A stretch of 63,279 nucleotides of DNA, filler included, from Octopus bimaculoides (Eukaryota), in the NCBI RefSeq assembly GCF_001194135.2. It is 7 parts of 4 records of this genome, joined end to end, with 100 filler letters (N's around TTAATTAATTAA, not from the genome) between each part and the next. Parts side by side here need not be neighbours in the genome. Positions count along the whole stretch, not along the records: positions 15,858 to 38,617 come from NC_068982.1; positions 38,718 to 52,325 come from NC_068982.1; 5 more parts are not named here. One strand, 5' to 3'. Positions 26,266 to 39,478 of this stretch are shown in pieces. Under the pieces are notes generated by a model, which saw only the letters and a program-made list of their open reading frames with translations, was not told the origin of the DNA and searched no databases. The stretch's first letter is position 1; each line of letters starts with the position of its first letter. A program made the translations under genes and the position numbers.

Positions 26266-27349
26266 CATTCTTGCATCTAATATGCGTGCGTTTCCATTTA
26301 ATCGAGTATTGTGTTCCACTATGTCTCAAAGTTTGAAGTTCATCAAGCAGAGATCAATGAAATAAATGTCAGATTGAAATACATACTGAGATCAGTATGA
26401 TCAAATAAATTTTTGAAGGTGGTACCCGATCACGGTGACAGTCGAAAGACTAAACCCAGTAAAATAATGTTTAAAAACTTAATGGCTTCAAATTTAAGGT
26501 AATGGATTACTAACCACAAGATAATAAATTCAAAATTTCATATTGAACTTCCACTCTATACGATAACACTATATGTACCTCTAAGTCTACTTGACTTCTA
26601 ACAATTAACAACTGTAATTTGAAGTTGAATGGTTAGTAGTAAGAAAGATGTTCAGGTTTCTTGAAAAGTTATCGTGCAAAATATTGAGAAAACGTATTTT
26701 TTTCAGCACAACAAAACACGCGCGCGCGCGCACACACTCACACACACACACGCACACACACACACATACACACACACACAGGTGTGTTTGTGGTAACTCG
26801 AGCTACTACAAATAGCAGCCAATCTCTCTTAAAACACATCCTNNNNNNNNNNNNNNNNNNNNNNNNNNNNNNNNNNNNNNNNNNNNNNNNNNNNNNNNNN
26901 NNNNNNNNNNNNNNNNNNNNNNNNNNNNNNNNNNNNNNNNNNNNNNNNNNNNNNNNNNNNNNNNNNNNNNNNNNNNNNNNNNNNNNNNNNNNNNNNNNNN
27001 NNNNNNNNNNNNNNNNNNNNNNNNNNNNNNNNNNNNNNNNNNNNNNNNNNNNNNNNNNNNNNNNNNNNNNNNNNNNNNNNNNNNNNNNNNNNNNNNNNNN
27101 NNNNNNNNNNNNNNNNNNNNNNNNNNNNNNNNNNNNNNNNNNNNNNNNNNNNNNNNNNNNNNNNNNNNNNNNNNNNNNNNNNNNNNNNNNNNNNNNNNNN
27201 NNNNNNNNNNNNNNNNNNNNNNNNNNNNNNNNNNNNNNNNNNNNNNNNNNNNNNNNNNNNNNNNNNNNNNNNNNACACACAAACTCTGTTTTATATATTA
27301 AGATATATATATATATACATATGCATGCGTGTGTATGCCTGTTTGTGTG

Positions 27350-27389
<40 letters not shown>

Positions 27390-28662
27390 CGTGCGTGTGT
27401 GCGTGCGCGTGCATAAACAACAAAAGTTTGCGAGAAAACGTATTACAAAATGGATGGCAGTTTATTTTCTTTTCATCAGTATAAAGCAAAAGCACGCTCC
27501 GAGGGTTGGGAACCGCCATCTATGAAGAATCAGAAAACCGCTAGATCCCAATTACTTTTCCGAATTCACTTTCCAGACAGAATTCGTGAACTGGTTCTCT
27601 CAGACGCATCACTTTAACCACTTACACCCATCTGTCATCAATTTTGCTAGAAGCTGCCAGATGCTACCATCTTCCCTACCACCGCTTTTAGGAAGCTGAT
27701 AAGCCTCGGCCAGATAGATAAGGACACGTCCTCTATCCTTTCTAATATATCCACCATGTACCCTTTCACCATAGACACAAAATCGAGATCTACCTATATT
27801 CAAATGAGCGGCGGTGGGGTAAATATTTACATGAAAATTGAACAACAGTCAAATGAAACCCACGTTCGATAATGGTCGTTCGTTCGCTATAACTTCGTTA
27901 GTCAGCATTGCTCAGACGCTGTACGTGTACATGACGAACGGTTTCATCGCTCTCCACTCAAGCCGGCTAGACTCAAGTGACGGCACTTATGTCTGTAAAG
28001 TTTATACCATACCAGTGGTGTCACTCCCTTGTAGGTGAGAAGTTTCTGGAAGTTTTCCGGAGTCACGAGGTCAAAAATGTCCCGAAGTAGACTACTAATC
28101 TGGTCTTCGTCGACGACCAGGGTAACCACGAGAACATAACTCCTTATGCCATCCGCCAACAGTCTTCTACAGAATAAGTAGTGTATGCTGACACAGTTTT
28201 CCTGCGCATTTCAGTTTTAGCATATGTTTCTCGCTCCTCTATCTTCAACAGAGCAGCTGATGACCAACAACTAGAATTAGAAACGAGAGGGAGAACCGAA
28301 TATTCGCAATGGTGTTCAATTATCGTCACCACCGAACAATAAGAAGAAAAGTATATCAATAAATTTTGTCAATAAGGTGGAAACACTACTCGGAGTAGAT
28401 CAAAGAACCCCACAGATTCCGAAGCACTTTTCTAATAAAGAATGCCATAGCAAATGCTCCTCTCTCCTACGTATTTTTCAGCCCACAGATTCCAGCTTAG
28501 AATATGTTAATTCACTCGGCCGTTTTCGCTAGATTCACTTTTTTTTTCTTTTTTACAAATTTGCTAGCGTTTAGCACCTCCCTCTCCACATCACTTTCTT
28601 CCTTTTCAAGTGCAGCTTGAAAAAAGTCGACTAGGGCTTGGCCGGAAAGGAAAGTGCAATAA

Positions 28663-28667
28663 TAATC

Positions 28668-28737
<70 letters not shown>
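28663..28737. repeat. (AAT)n microsatellite at the 5' junction of the REL element
   Basis: Direct reading. Confidence 0.95.
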
Positions 28738-28738
<1 letters not shown>

Positions 28739-29534
28739 GACAGAGAAAAATCCCAGCAATGGTTGAGAAGCTCAGGACTCAAAGCAGAGACTGAAGGATT
28801 TTTAATTGCAGCATAAGACCAAAGCCTCCCCACCAGAAATTACCAAAAACATATAATGAAAAGAAACATAACAAGTAACTGTAGAATATGTGGAGATGGA
28901 CAAGAAACAATAAATCATATTATCTCTGGCTGCCCAGTCCTGGCTAAGAAGGAATATATTCACAGACACGACAGAGCTGGGATCTACATACACTGAAAGC
29001 TATGCCAACACTATGGAATAACAACAGCAAAAAGATAGTATAGGCACACGCCAGAAAAGGTCACAGAAAACGAGAAAGCAACCATACTCTGGGATATGCC
29101 AATACACACAGATAGAGAAATTAAGGCAAATAGACCAGATATAGTTGTCAAAGATTATGAAGGAAAAAAATGCTTTCTAACTGATGTATCAATACCAGTA
29201 GATGACAACGTTTCCCTAAAATAAATGGAAAAACTTTCAAAATACAAAGACCTGGAAATAGGTGTAACTCGAATGTGGAATCTAAAAACAGAAACAATTC
29301 CTATCGTAGTAGGTGCCTTAGGTATAATAAAAAATATTCAGACAAATACATAACAAAAACACCAGGACTTACAAATATATATAACATACAGAAAATTGCA
29401 CTACTGGGCACTGCACACATCCTACGCAAAACACTTTCAATACAGTAACCATAAGAGCATCACAGCAAACCACAGCACATACCCAAGGCACACCGAGCTG
29501 CGCTCGGTAGTGAAGTGAAAGCACGTTATAAAAA
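28739..29534 (+). mobile_element. 5'-truncated non-LTR retrotransposon with restriction-like endonuclease (R4/Dong-type)
   Basis: LKAETEGFLIAA*DQSL...CRICGDGQETINHIISGC (CCHC)...RHD...ANRPDIVV...DVSIP...EKLSKYKDL...ALLGTAHILRKTLSIQ* (stop 29446-29448). Four internal stops and one frameshift; short 3'UTR ending in AATAATAAT. Confidence 0.88.
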
Positions 29535-29762
29535 TAAAACTACTGAATAATAATAGTACAAGATCACGAGTTTTAGTGTAAAATTTAGTTCATTAACTCA
29601 ACTCAAGAAGGATGAAATATAATAGAAAGTTAGCCTCAGTGGGATTTGAACCAAGAACGTAAATAGTCGTAAGTGAAAACTGCAAAAACCCTTTGTTTAT
29701 TTCATTAACAATTCTGAAAATTAATGTAGACCAGACATCATTATACATAACACAAACATAAA

Positions 29763-30050
29763 AAATGCTTCATAGTAGATGACGCGCTTCTTTCAGACAA
29801 AAATATCGCTGACGAAGAGGTAGAAAAGATCTCGAAATATGCAGAATATACAGATAAGGATACCAAGAATGTGGAAATGTCCAACAGCAAAATTGAAAAT
29901 GATATCAGTTATCATTGAAGTATTTGACTCAATTAAAAGAAGAAGCACAATAAAACCGTTATGCCACTTGAAATAGTTAGATATTAAGACAGATGTGTGA
30001 GCTCTCCTAAAATCTGCAACCCTCAGAACAGCTCATATTCTTAAAACAAA
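29763..30050 (+). pseudogene. older, diverged REL endonuclease C-terminal fragment
   Basis: KCFIVDDALLSDKNIADEEVEKISKY / IPRMWK...ISVII / ALLKSATLRTAHILK aligns by eye with the C-terminus of the adjacent element. Confidence 0.6.
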
Positions 30051-30109
30051 ATCCCCCAAAAAACCAGCAATAAAACCCAGTATTTTATAGCCATACTGGT
30101 TTTTGATTT

Positions 30110-30540
30110 AGGTACACAACCGTCAATTATGAGGGAAAGGGATTCATCAATACTATCGACCCCAGTACTTGACTGGTACTATATTATATTGACCCCGAAA
30201 GAATGAAAAGCAAAGTTGACAACAAGATTTGAACTCAGAATGTAAAGAGTCAGAATAAATACTAGAAATTTTTTTCGTTTCCCCCACAATTCATCCAACT
30301 TGCTATCTTTATGATAATTGTTTTTATTTTAGCCAAAACGCCAACAATAGCCGGAAGGGACAATTGATTTTTTATATCAGTACTTAATCGTTACTTTATT
30401 TTTGTCAACCCTGGAAAGATAAAAGACAATGTTTGGCCTCACTGGGTTTGAACTAAGAACTTAAAAAAGCCGGAAGGAGTACTCAAGGAATTTTGTCTGA
30501 CACTCTGAAGATTTTGCCAATCCACCGCCCTTAACAAAAC
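30110..30540 (-). mobile_element. two degenerate family C SINE fragments
   Basis: TCGACCCCAGTACTTGACTGGTACT...GAAAGAATGAAAAGCAAAGTTGAC...TTTGAACTCAGAA motifs. Confidence 0.6.
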
Positions 30541-31204
30541 AGCGACTGTTTTTATTCGTTCTGCTCTAAGAAAGATCTTCCACTTGTCGCAGGAAACATC
30601 AGGTGTTTTACAAAAGCTTCTCAAACATTTCACGTAGACGAGTAAACACGATGACAACAAGTAAACTTGAAACTCTTATTTTCCTTCATCTTTCTCTGAT
30701 TATGTTTAAATTGTCTGGCGACATTTTCTCGCGTCCTCATTGTTGTATCTACAACTTACACAAACGGAAGTAGCTCTTCAGACAAGAAAAATACTGTTTG
30801 GTGTCATCGTTTAAGTGTTTTCATTCTCCTCCTTTGTGTTGTGTACAGCAGAGAGTTCTGCTCACTTTATTATCAAAATAGTTGCCTTTTCTTTTTAATT
30901 TTTTTTTTATACAATTATGTATGCATGTATGAATGTATGTACATACGCGTGCGTGTACATACATATGTATATGCCACTATATTTACTTTTGTATACGTTT
31001 GCTTGTATGTTAATACATTTCAATATATGCAAGTTTATACATATATGCTTTTACATGCATGCATGCACACACACACACACACACACACACAATGTATATA
31101 TATATATATATATATACATACATGCATACATATGTATATATATATATATGCATACATCTACATACATTTATATATATGCTGTATATGTATGCATATGTTT
31201 ATAA

Positions 31205-31245
<41 letters not shown>

Positions 31246-32284
31246 CATAGACAGTTACACACAACACACTCACACACTCATGTTGTATGTATATTATAAG
31301 TACATGTTTGTGCATGCGTGTGTGTATGTGTGTTTGTTTTAGATGCATGAGTTCTGGGTTTAGCTGGTTATAATACACGATGATATCTCTATGAACGTGT
31401 ACATAACGCGAATCTTTGCGTGGCTTCGTGCTGATATAGTAGTTGCACCATTGATTTATAGTTGGTGTTAGACATGAACAGAATCAACAATGGCCAACGT
31501 CAGATTATGGACAATCTTTGTTGACAAAAATAAGTCGACATCTACTTGTTTGATTTACCGCTTGCTTTTCTCCTGAGCTGTTTCGTTTATTTGATTCGTT
31601 ATGTATTTATTTTTGTCCCCAGTTTTTCTTGAGAGCTAATAGATAATATTGATTAACTATAAGTGGCCCAACAATAGTGTTCACACAGAAGAAGCTGTTT
31701 CAGGCACTCTATTAGAGAGATATGTATGTTTATTTCAACAGATTGCAACGAACCCGCTTGTTTAATGCATACAAAAGGGTTCAACAGAGAATGTAAATAT
31801 ACTTTCAGAAAAAGTAAAAGTACTTGTTAAGTAGAGAAAGGCTCAACTTTGATGCAGCATTCAGCGTTCCAGCTCATCTTTGATCTGTGCAAGATTAGAC
31901 AGTGACATGTCACACGATAACCTATATACCGGCATGTTAGTCATGGTTTTTCAGTTAATTAATCTGGGGGTTATATAATGTGTTTTCTAAGTTCTATACC
32001 GTTTGTTTTATAGTTAGCACAGGAACTCCCTGTCTGTCTGCCTGTCTGTCTCTCTCTCCTTCTTGGGCTTTTACTTTCTCACGTTCATCTTTTTTTACGC
32101 CGAAGCTAATAATAAGTATAAGTTTTCTACCTACCTTATAACGATATGTATGGGTTCCACTCTACTATAAAAGACATGGACATTGAAAAGAGAATTATCA
32201 AACTGAATACAAGCCTTTCAGATACTGAAGATTATTTTTAGAGAATATCAATGGAATACTTTTGATGTCAATCCTTTATCCTTT

Positions 32285-32505
32285 GTTTACTTTACTTGTT
32301 TCACTTATTTGACTGAGGCCATGCTGGGGCACCTCCTTGAAGGGTTTAGTCGAACAAATCGATCATGCTACTTATTTATCTTTTAAAATCTGGTACATAT
32401 TCTATCACTCTTTTTTTCCGATACCACTAACTTAACCCGGGCGCAAATAAACCAACTCCAGATGTCAAGTGGTAGTGGAGACATACTCAAACACAAAGGC
32501 AAAAA
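32285..32505 (-). mobile_element. family A SINE 3' half
   Basis: TTTACTTGTTTC...GGCCATGCTGGGGCACC body shared with other copies. Confidence 0.7.
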
Positions 32506-33017
32506 CACACATTATATATATATATATATATATNNNNNNNNNNNNNNNNNNNNNNNNNNNNNNNNNNNNNNNNNNNNNNNNNNNNNNNNNNNNNNNNNNN
32601 NNNNNNNNNNNNNNNNNNNNNNNNNNNNNNNNNNNNNNNNNNNNNNNNNNNNNNNNNNNNNNNNNNNNNNNNNNNNNNNNNNNNNNNNNNNNNNNNNNNN
32701 NNNNNNNNNNNNNNNNNNNNNNNNNNNNNNNNNNNNNNNNNNNNNNNNNNNNNNNNNNNNNNNNNNNNNNNNNNNNNNNNNNNNNNNNNNNNNNNNNNNN
32801 NNNNNNNNNNNNNNNNNNNNNNNNNNNNNNNNNNNNNNNNNNNNNNNNNNNNNNNNNNNNNNNNNNNNNNNNNNNNNNNNNNNNNNNNNNNNNNNNNNNN
32901 NNNNNNNNNNNNNNNNNNNNNNNNNNNNNNNNNNNNNNNNNNNNNNNNNNNNNNNNNNNNNNNNNNNNNNNNNNNNNNNNNNNNNNNNNNNNTATATTAT
33001 ATATATATATATATATA

Positions 33018-33399
33018 TATTATCGAGTTAGAAAACAGAGAGATCTAACGGATACAAATTAATTTATTAATTAATTAACATATTTACCTACAATTTTTTT
33101 CATTTCACAAACAAAATTAAAATTACAAAACATATATAAATAAATAATTTTGAATTTTAAACACCTTGTATGGAAAATCACCAAGGTGTACAAAGGATAA
33201 TACAAGGTTTACATTAAGATACGCTTGGAATAATCAGAATATATAGACATATCTTATATAAAATCCAAAATTATATATTTATATATGTTTTGTAATTCTA
33301 ATTTTGTTTGTGAAATCAAACAATTGTCGGTAAATATATTAATTAGTTAGTAAATTAACTTGTATCCATTAGATCCCCCTGTTTTCTAACTTGATAATA
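33018..33399. mobile_element. MITE-like element with ~140-bp terminal inverted repeats
   Basis: 33018-33159 versus the reverse complement of 33259-33399 (TATTATC(G/A)AGTTAGAAAACAG...GATCTAA(C/T)GGATACAA...), few mismatches; AT-rich flanks. Confidence 0.85.
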
Positions 33400-33789
33400 A
33401 TATTTGATATTTTACGATATTTTATACAATATATTCATTGAAGAAATATCTCTTCAAAATATAATATATTAACCAGTGTATCTTGGATAAAATATACCCT
33501 GGGAACGCATTAAAGCCTTTTTTGTGGCTACTTTATTTGAATTCTTACTATCGGGCAACTAATTTCATATCATTACATAACTGACTTCACAATTTGGGTA
33601 TTCATAACTTATTGGGAATTCCTAAAAACAAGATCCTGTGTAAGACAGTTCGGTATTGTCTGTAAATGCACAAAAACCGTTTTAAGGGCTACATTCTTTG
33701 TATTGTTGTTATTGGATTAGCGAAACAATTATGAGAACGGAACCAAGGGATAAGCCCCGCTTTCCCGGGAATTACCGGGTACGTCAGCT

Positions 33790-33865
<76 letters not shown>

Positions 33866-34249
33866 ACGGACTTCCATACAGTTCCTGAAACCACGTGGTT
33901 GCAAAGCGAGATTCTTAGCCACAATGCCATGCCTGCGCCTATGTAGATATTATCATGTAGATATTAGGGAGAATATCATGTAAATATGATATAGATAGAG
34001 AATGTCGTAGACAACTTTTGAAAATATAAGAGACAGAACGCAAAACCAATCATGAAGTTTTAAACGCAGTTTACATCTAAGAAAATATTCTTGATATAAT
34101 CAGAGAAAACTAAATTATTTTGGATATCTAATCAGAAAAGGAAAGACCGGTTCACAGAAATTTATTGGTTATGTCTTTTAATGAACTTATACATGTGTAA
34201 TACAATTACATAACGCATTTGTAAACACACACACACACACACACCTACG

Positions 34250-34295
<46 letters not shown>

Positions 34296-34318
34296 AAGAG
34301 AGAGAGATAGAGAGAGAG

Positions 34319-34349
<31 letters not shown>

Positions 34350-34546
34350 TACAGAGAGAAATAGAGAGAGTGATATCTTTTGTACTGGAATGGTACTGCA
34401 TTTATGAAACCTGAAACGATGAAAGGCAAAGTTGATCCCGGCGGAATTTGAACTCAGAACACAAAGTGTAAGAACAAACATAGCAAGACATTCTATCTGA
34501 CGTTATAACAACTGTGCGAATTCGTCGACTTTTGCATACGTATTCT

Positions 34547-34588
<42 letters not shown>

Positions 34589-35004
34589 CGTCCACGAATA
34601 TATACACGCACACAAACACGCATAAAAACACAAACATACATACACAGACGCTTGCATGTCAGCAAATCGGTATACACATGCACAATCTGTCAGATTACCC
34701 AGTAGAAATATCCAATTGTTAAGTATGGACAATTTGAAATCTCCGTAACAGTTTGTGGTAGACGATTCCATATTTGGACAGGTTGTCAACGATACAATAG
34801 ATTGGAAGATTAGTTGGCGCCAGGAGTTATATTGTTCTTGAAAATGTTCTGGTTTCTTTGACCACACGATCATTGCAAGACAGTAGGCCTAGCTGTCTGT
34901 CAGTCTATCTTTCTGCATGCATGTGTGTATGTCTGCCTGTCAAGCGTCCATCCTATTTTTTTTTATCTGACGCAGCAGGTAAATTAGAGCTTTCTTTCTG
35001 ATGC

Positions 35005-35043
<39 letters not shown>

Positions 35044-35322
35044 ACACACACACACCCATTTATATACACTCACAAATACACACACACTTGTTCATATACG
35101 AGCATATGTAAAGTACACAGACATGCACACATGCACGCAAGCATACAGAAATACAGCACACAGACGTACATAGCACATTCACGCGAATACACATACACAT
35201 AAGTACATACAAACATAAGCTCACATCAATATATAGAACATACATAAATACACGTTGTGAAACTATAAGCACACACACACACAAAAACATATACGCATGC
35301 GCACACATAGACACTCGCATTT

Positions 35323-35358
<36 letters not shown>

Positions 35359-35392
35359 ACACACACACGCACGCACGCGCACATACACACAC

Positions 35393-35430
<38 letters not shown>

Positions 35431-35511
35431 ATAAATGTTTATGTGTGCGTATGTATATATATATATATATATATGCATCTATGTATGTATGTATGTATGT
35501 ATGTATGTATG

Positions 35512-35574
<63 letters not shown>

Positions 35575-36796
35575 TCATCTCTCTTTCTCTCTCTCACTTG
35601 TTTCAGTCATCCTGGGGCTCTGCATTGAAAAATTTCAGTTGAACGAATTGCTCTCAGTACTTATAATTTTCTAAAACCTTGTTCTATTGTATCGGCCTCT
35701 TTTGCTGAACCGCTAATTTATGGAGACGTAAACATCCAAAAACTGGTGGTCATGCGATGGTGGCGGACAAACTCAAGCACACGCGCGCACACACACACAC
35801 CCACCCACCCACACACACACACACACACATTCACTTATTCTTTTATTAGTTTGAGTTCCGAGGGATGTGGCCATCCTGGAGCGACAGCAAGAGCAAAAAC
35901 GACTCTTGTACAGTTATAAATATGTCACAAGAAATGTATTCAAGAATAAGAAAAAAACAAACAAACAACCCCCTCCCCCCAGAAAAAAAGCATATTCAGA
36001 AACCTTAATTACTAGGAAATCTTCCATACATTACATCTTTCGGTTTGGAATGCTGGCAGAAATGTCATTCCATCAAATATATGTGAAAGGCTCTTGAAAA
36101 ATCTTGTTCTAAACTTTGTCATATAAGACAGAAGAAAAAAAAAAGAACCAACAACAAAAAACAAACTAGAGAAATGGGAGGTATAGTCAGATCCCAAGAC
36201 ACCCTTCCTGCATCCCTTGTATCAGAAACCTACTGAACAACACTTTAGTGTAGCCTACAACTGTACTATATCCAAGACCCGTCCAAAGTTTACAAAACTT
36301 CACAACGCTTTCTCTTGTAAACTTTTGAAAGCTATCTAAATGCATTTATTCCTGGTATCGTAACCAGCCAACCAGCTTCAAAATATTAGAATCAGCGCAG
36401 AGATACTTTATAGATTCTTTATCCAGTGGATCGGAAAGTCACATATACACAGCTACGGCCCAAAGAAAAGTGAGATCGCGGGATATGTACAGAGATGGCG
36501 TGGAAGATATGCAACACTCAACTCTAAAGAGGGCGCTCTAACATGGCCTTAGCTATCATAGCCAAAGAAAATGTTAAGGAACTAAAAATCGAAACGTATT
36601 TATGAATATATGCATATTATGAATCTATGATATTTGTAATGTATGTATACATATGTATAGGATTGGTCAAATGATGTACACACATCGGATGAGGCGTCAA
36701 TAAGGATCAAAAATCAATTAAAGCTGTTCACCATTTTTTTCAATTTAAGGAGATAGTTAAATTCGCCATGTTTTTATGTCTACAACGCAGATTTAA

Positions 36797-36878
<82 letters not shown>

Positions 36879-37048
36879 ACACACACACAGACACACACAC
36901 ACACACAGACATAGACACACACACATGCACACGCACGAACGCACGCAAATGTGCGTGTGTGTGTGCTGTGCATGTGTACCTCTGTATAATGTGAGTAGGA
37001 ATCACTCTCTCTCTGTCTCTCTCTCTCACTCTCTGTCTCTCTCTCTCA

Positions 37049-37105
<57 letters not shown>

Positions 37106-37907
37106 CCCATGCGAGTATGTATGTTTGTCTAGATGTTACATCCATGTATCACAACTGTGTGTATACATGTGTATAAGCATGCATATCTGCATATATGAAG
37201 GTATATATCATGTATAAATGTGTGTGTTTGTGTATAAATATATGTATGTATATGTGCATGTGCGTGTATATATATATATATATGTGCGTGTGTATATATA
37301 TATTATAATTGNNNNNNNNNNNNNNNNNNNNNNNNNNNNNNNNNNNNNNNNNNNNNNNNNNNNNNNNNNNNNNNNNNNNNNNNNNNNNNNNNNNNNNNNN
37401 NNNNNNNNNNNNNNNNNNNNNNNNNNNNNNNNNNNNNNNNNNNNNNNNNNNNNNNNNNNNNNNNNNNNNNNNNNNNNNNNNNNNNNNNNNNNNNNNNNNN
37501 NNNNNNNNNNNNNNNNNNNNNNNNNNNNNNNNNNNNNNNNNNNNNNNNNNNNNNNNNNNNNNNNTATATATATATATAGTATAGTTTTACGAATACGCAC
37601 ATACTCAGATCGATATACTATCAAATTTCAAAGTTTGATGCAGGCGAGCAGTTGGTGAGACTACTAATTAAAGAAATGTCAGCTGATCTGTCTCTTCTCT
37701 GCCTCTTAATTTCTCTGTATTTCTGTCCCTCACTCACTGTATCTCTGTCTCTGTTTCTCTGTTTCTCTCTCTGTATCTCTCTCTGTTCCGCTTTAACGTT
37801 TCGCATCAACAACCGACTGTGCCACAGCTGGAAACTCCACAACCGTCATACCAACATCGCCCAACAGATAACATGTTGGCAAATATGTCTCTCTCTCTTT
37901 CTATACA

Positions 37908-37938
<31 letters not shown>

Positions 37939-38144
37939 GTGTGTGTGTGTGTGTGGACATATACATATACATACAAATATATATACACACACACACACAC
38001 ATGTCCACCCACATACGCATTTGTTCATTCACTCATTGCCTCTGGGCAAATTTTACTCGGAGAAACCTGACAGTTCGTACGTCAGGAACACCAACAACAC
38101 TTTGACGATTTGTATTATTCACACGCTTGCATGCAGGCACGCAG

Positions 38145-38242
<98 letters not shown>

Positions 38243-38366
38243 TCACACACTTACATACGTATATGCATATGTATGTTCATGCATTTGTATGTGTGTATAT
38301 ATATATATGCATATATAAATGTATATATATGTATAAATATGTATATATATATATGTGTGTGTGTGC

Positions 38367-38401
<35 letters not shown>

Positions 38402-39089
38402 TAGATAGATAGATGAAAATGTATATCTATGTATGCATATGCACACTCGTTTATATAGTTGTCTCGAAAGATATGTAGTTGTATGTTTTTATGTGTGTGT
38501 ATATACGTACACGCACGCACACACACGCACAGACGCACACACACGCACATAAACACACACACACGCGCGCACATAAACACACACACACACGCATTGCTAC
38601 GAAGGAATCGAATGCTTNNNNNNNNNNNNNNNNNNNNNNNNNNNNNNNNNNNNNNNNNNNNTTAATTAATTAANNNNNNNNNNNNNNNNNNNNNNNNNNN
38701 NNNNNNNNNNNNNNNNNATATATATATATATATATATACTTGATTTTGTTAGCAAAATGTATTCCAACATACCACTGACTGTTTCTTTGAGTTATTTTCT
38801 ATATAAGTAGAGAATTGTGGTACAACAATGCACCAATATTTACTGGAAATATCAGTTAATAATATGCGATGCTATAGTAAAGTTTCACTGTATATATATA
38901 CTGGCAAAGATGTCTGCAGACGGTGAACATGAAAAATTTCAACTTACGTGTAGAAAGAACATTAAATAAATGTACAACCCAGATGTAGATAATCTTGGAC
39001 CTAGGTTTCGAACTTTCCAAATTACGTTTGTTAATGTAAATTTGATTTGTTCTCTTCAGAAAAATTCACCTAGATAAAATTTCAAATGG

Positions 39090-39478
39090 AGTAAAGATTG
39101 TTTGCCAACATAACATGGCAGTCCTGGTTTAGGACGAATGTTGCTGGAGACATAGTCTCCAGCTGGCTATACGACATGATCTGTGTCCTTATATTTTCAT
39201 AAAAGGGAATCTAGCACCCCCACTCAGCTCAAAACAATATCTGTGTATCACGATTTCCAGGTTATTTCCCTTCGTCAGCACAGAATAATTGTTCAGCTAA
39301 AGGGGGCGCTGCCAAATTCCCATTCGAAATATATAGTTTTCAAAGTGACAACTAGTCACTGATCTATAAATTAGGAAATTACTATTTTTAAATCTCACAA
39401 CGAGAGATATTCAGCAACAGTACTTTGTAGTAAAGATTGTTTGCCAACATAACATGGCAGTCCTGGTTTAGGACGAAT
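39090..39478 (-). mobile_element. retrozyme-like unit: 339-nt period, 50-nt perfect terminal direct repeat, internal hammerhead
   Basis: AGTAAAGATTGTTTGCCAACATAACATGGCAGTCCTGGTTTAGGACGAAT at 39090-39139 and 39429-39478; HHR at 39241-39283; several hairpins. Confidence 0.6.
39241..39283 (-). ncRNA. minimal type-I hammerhead ribozyme, near-intact
   Basis: CUGUG-CUGACGA-AGG(GAAAUAA)CCU-G-GAAA-UC(GU)GA-UA^CACAG. Perfect 5-bp stem I and AUA cleavage triplet; one extra G before GAAA. Confidence 0.65.

Noticed and set aside
28257-28285. CUGAUGA...GAAAC
   Set aside because: The intervening sequence gives no stem II, and there is no NUH.
29809-29840. CUGACGA-A-GAG...CUC-GAAA hammerhead-like string
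   Set aside because: No NUH or stem I, and it lies in-frame in the REL remnant (IADEEVEKISKY).
30711-30787. Minus-strand CUGAAGA...GAAAAUGUC within a TTGTCTG/CAGACAA inverted repeat
   Set aside because: Stems II and III cannot be formed in the required register.
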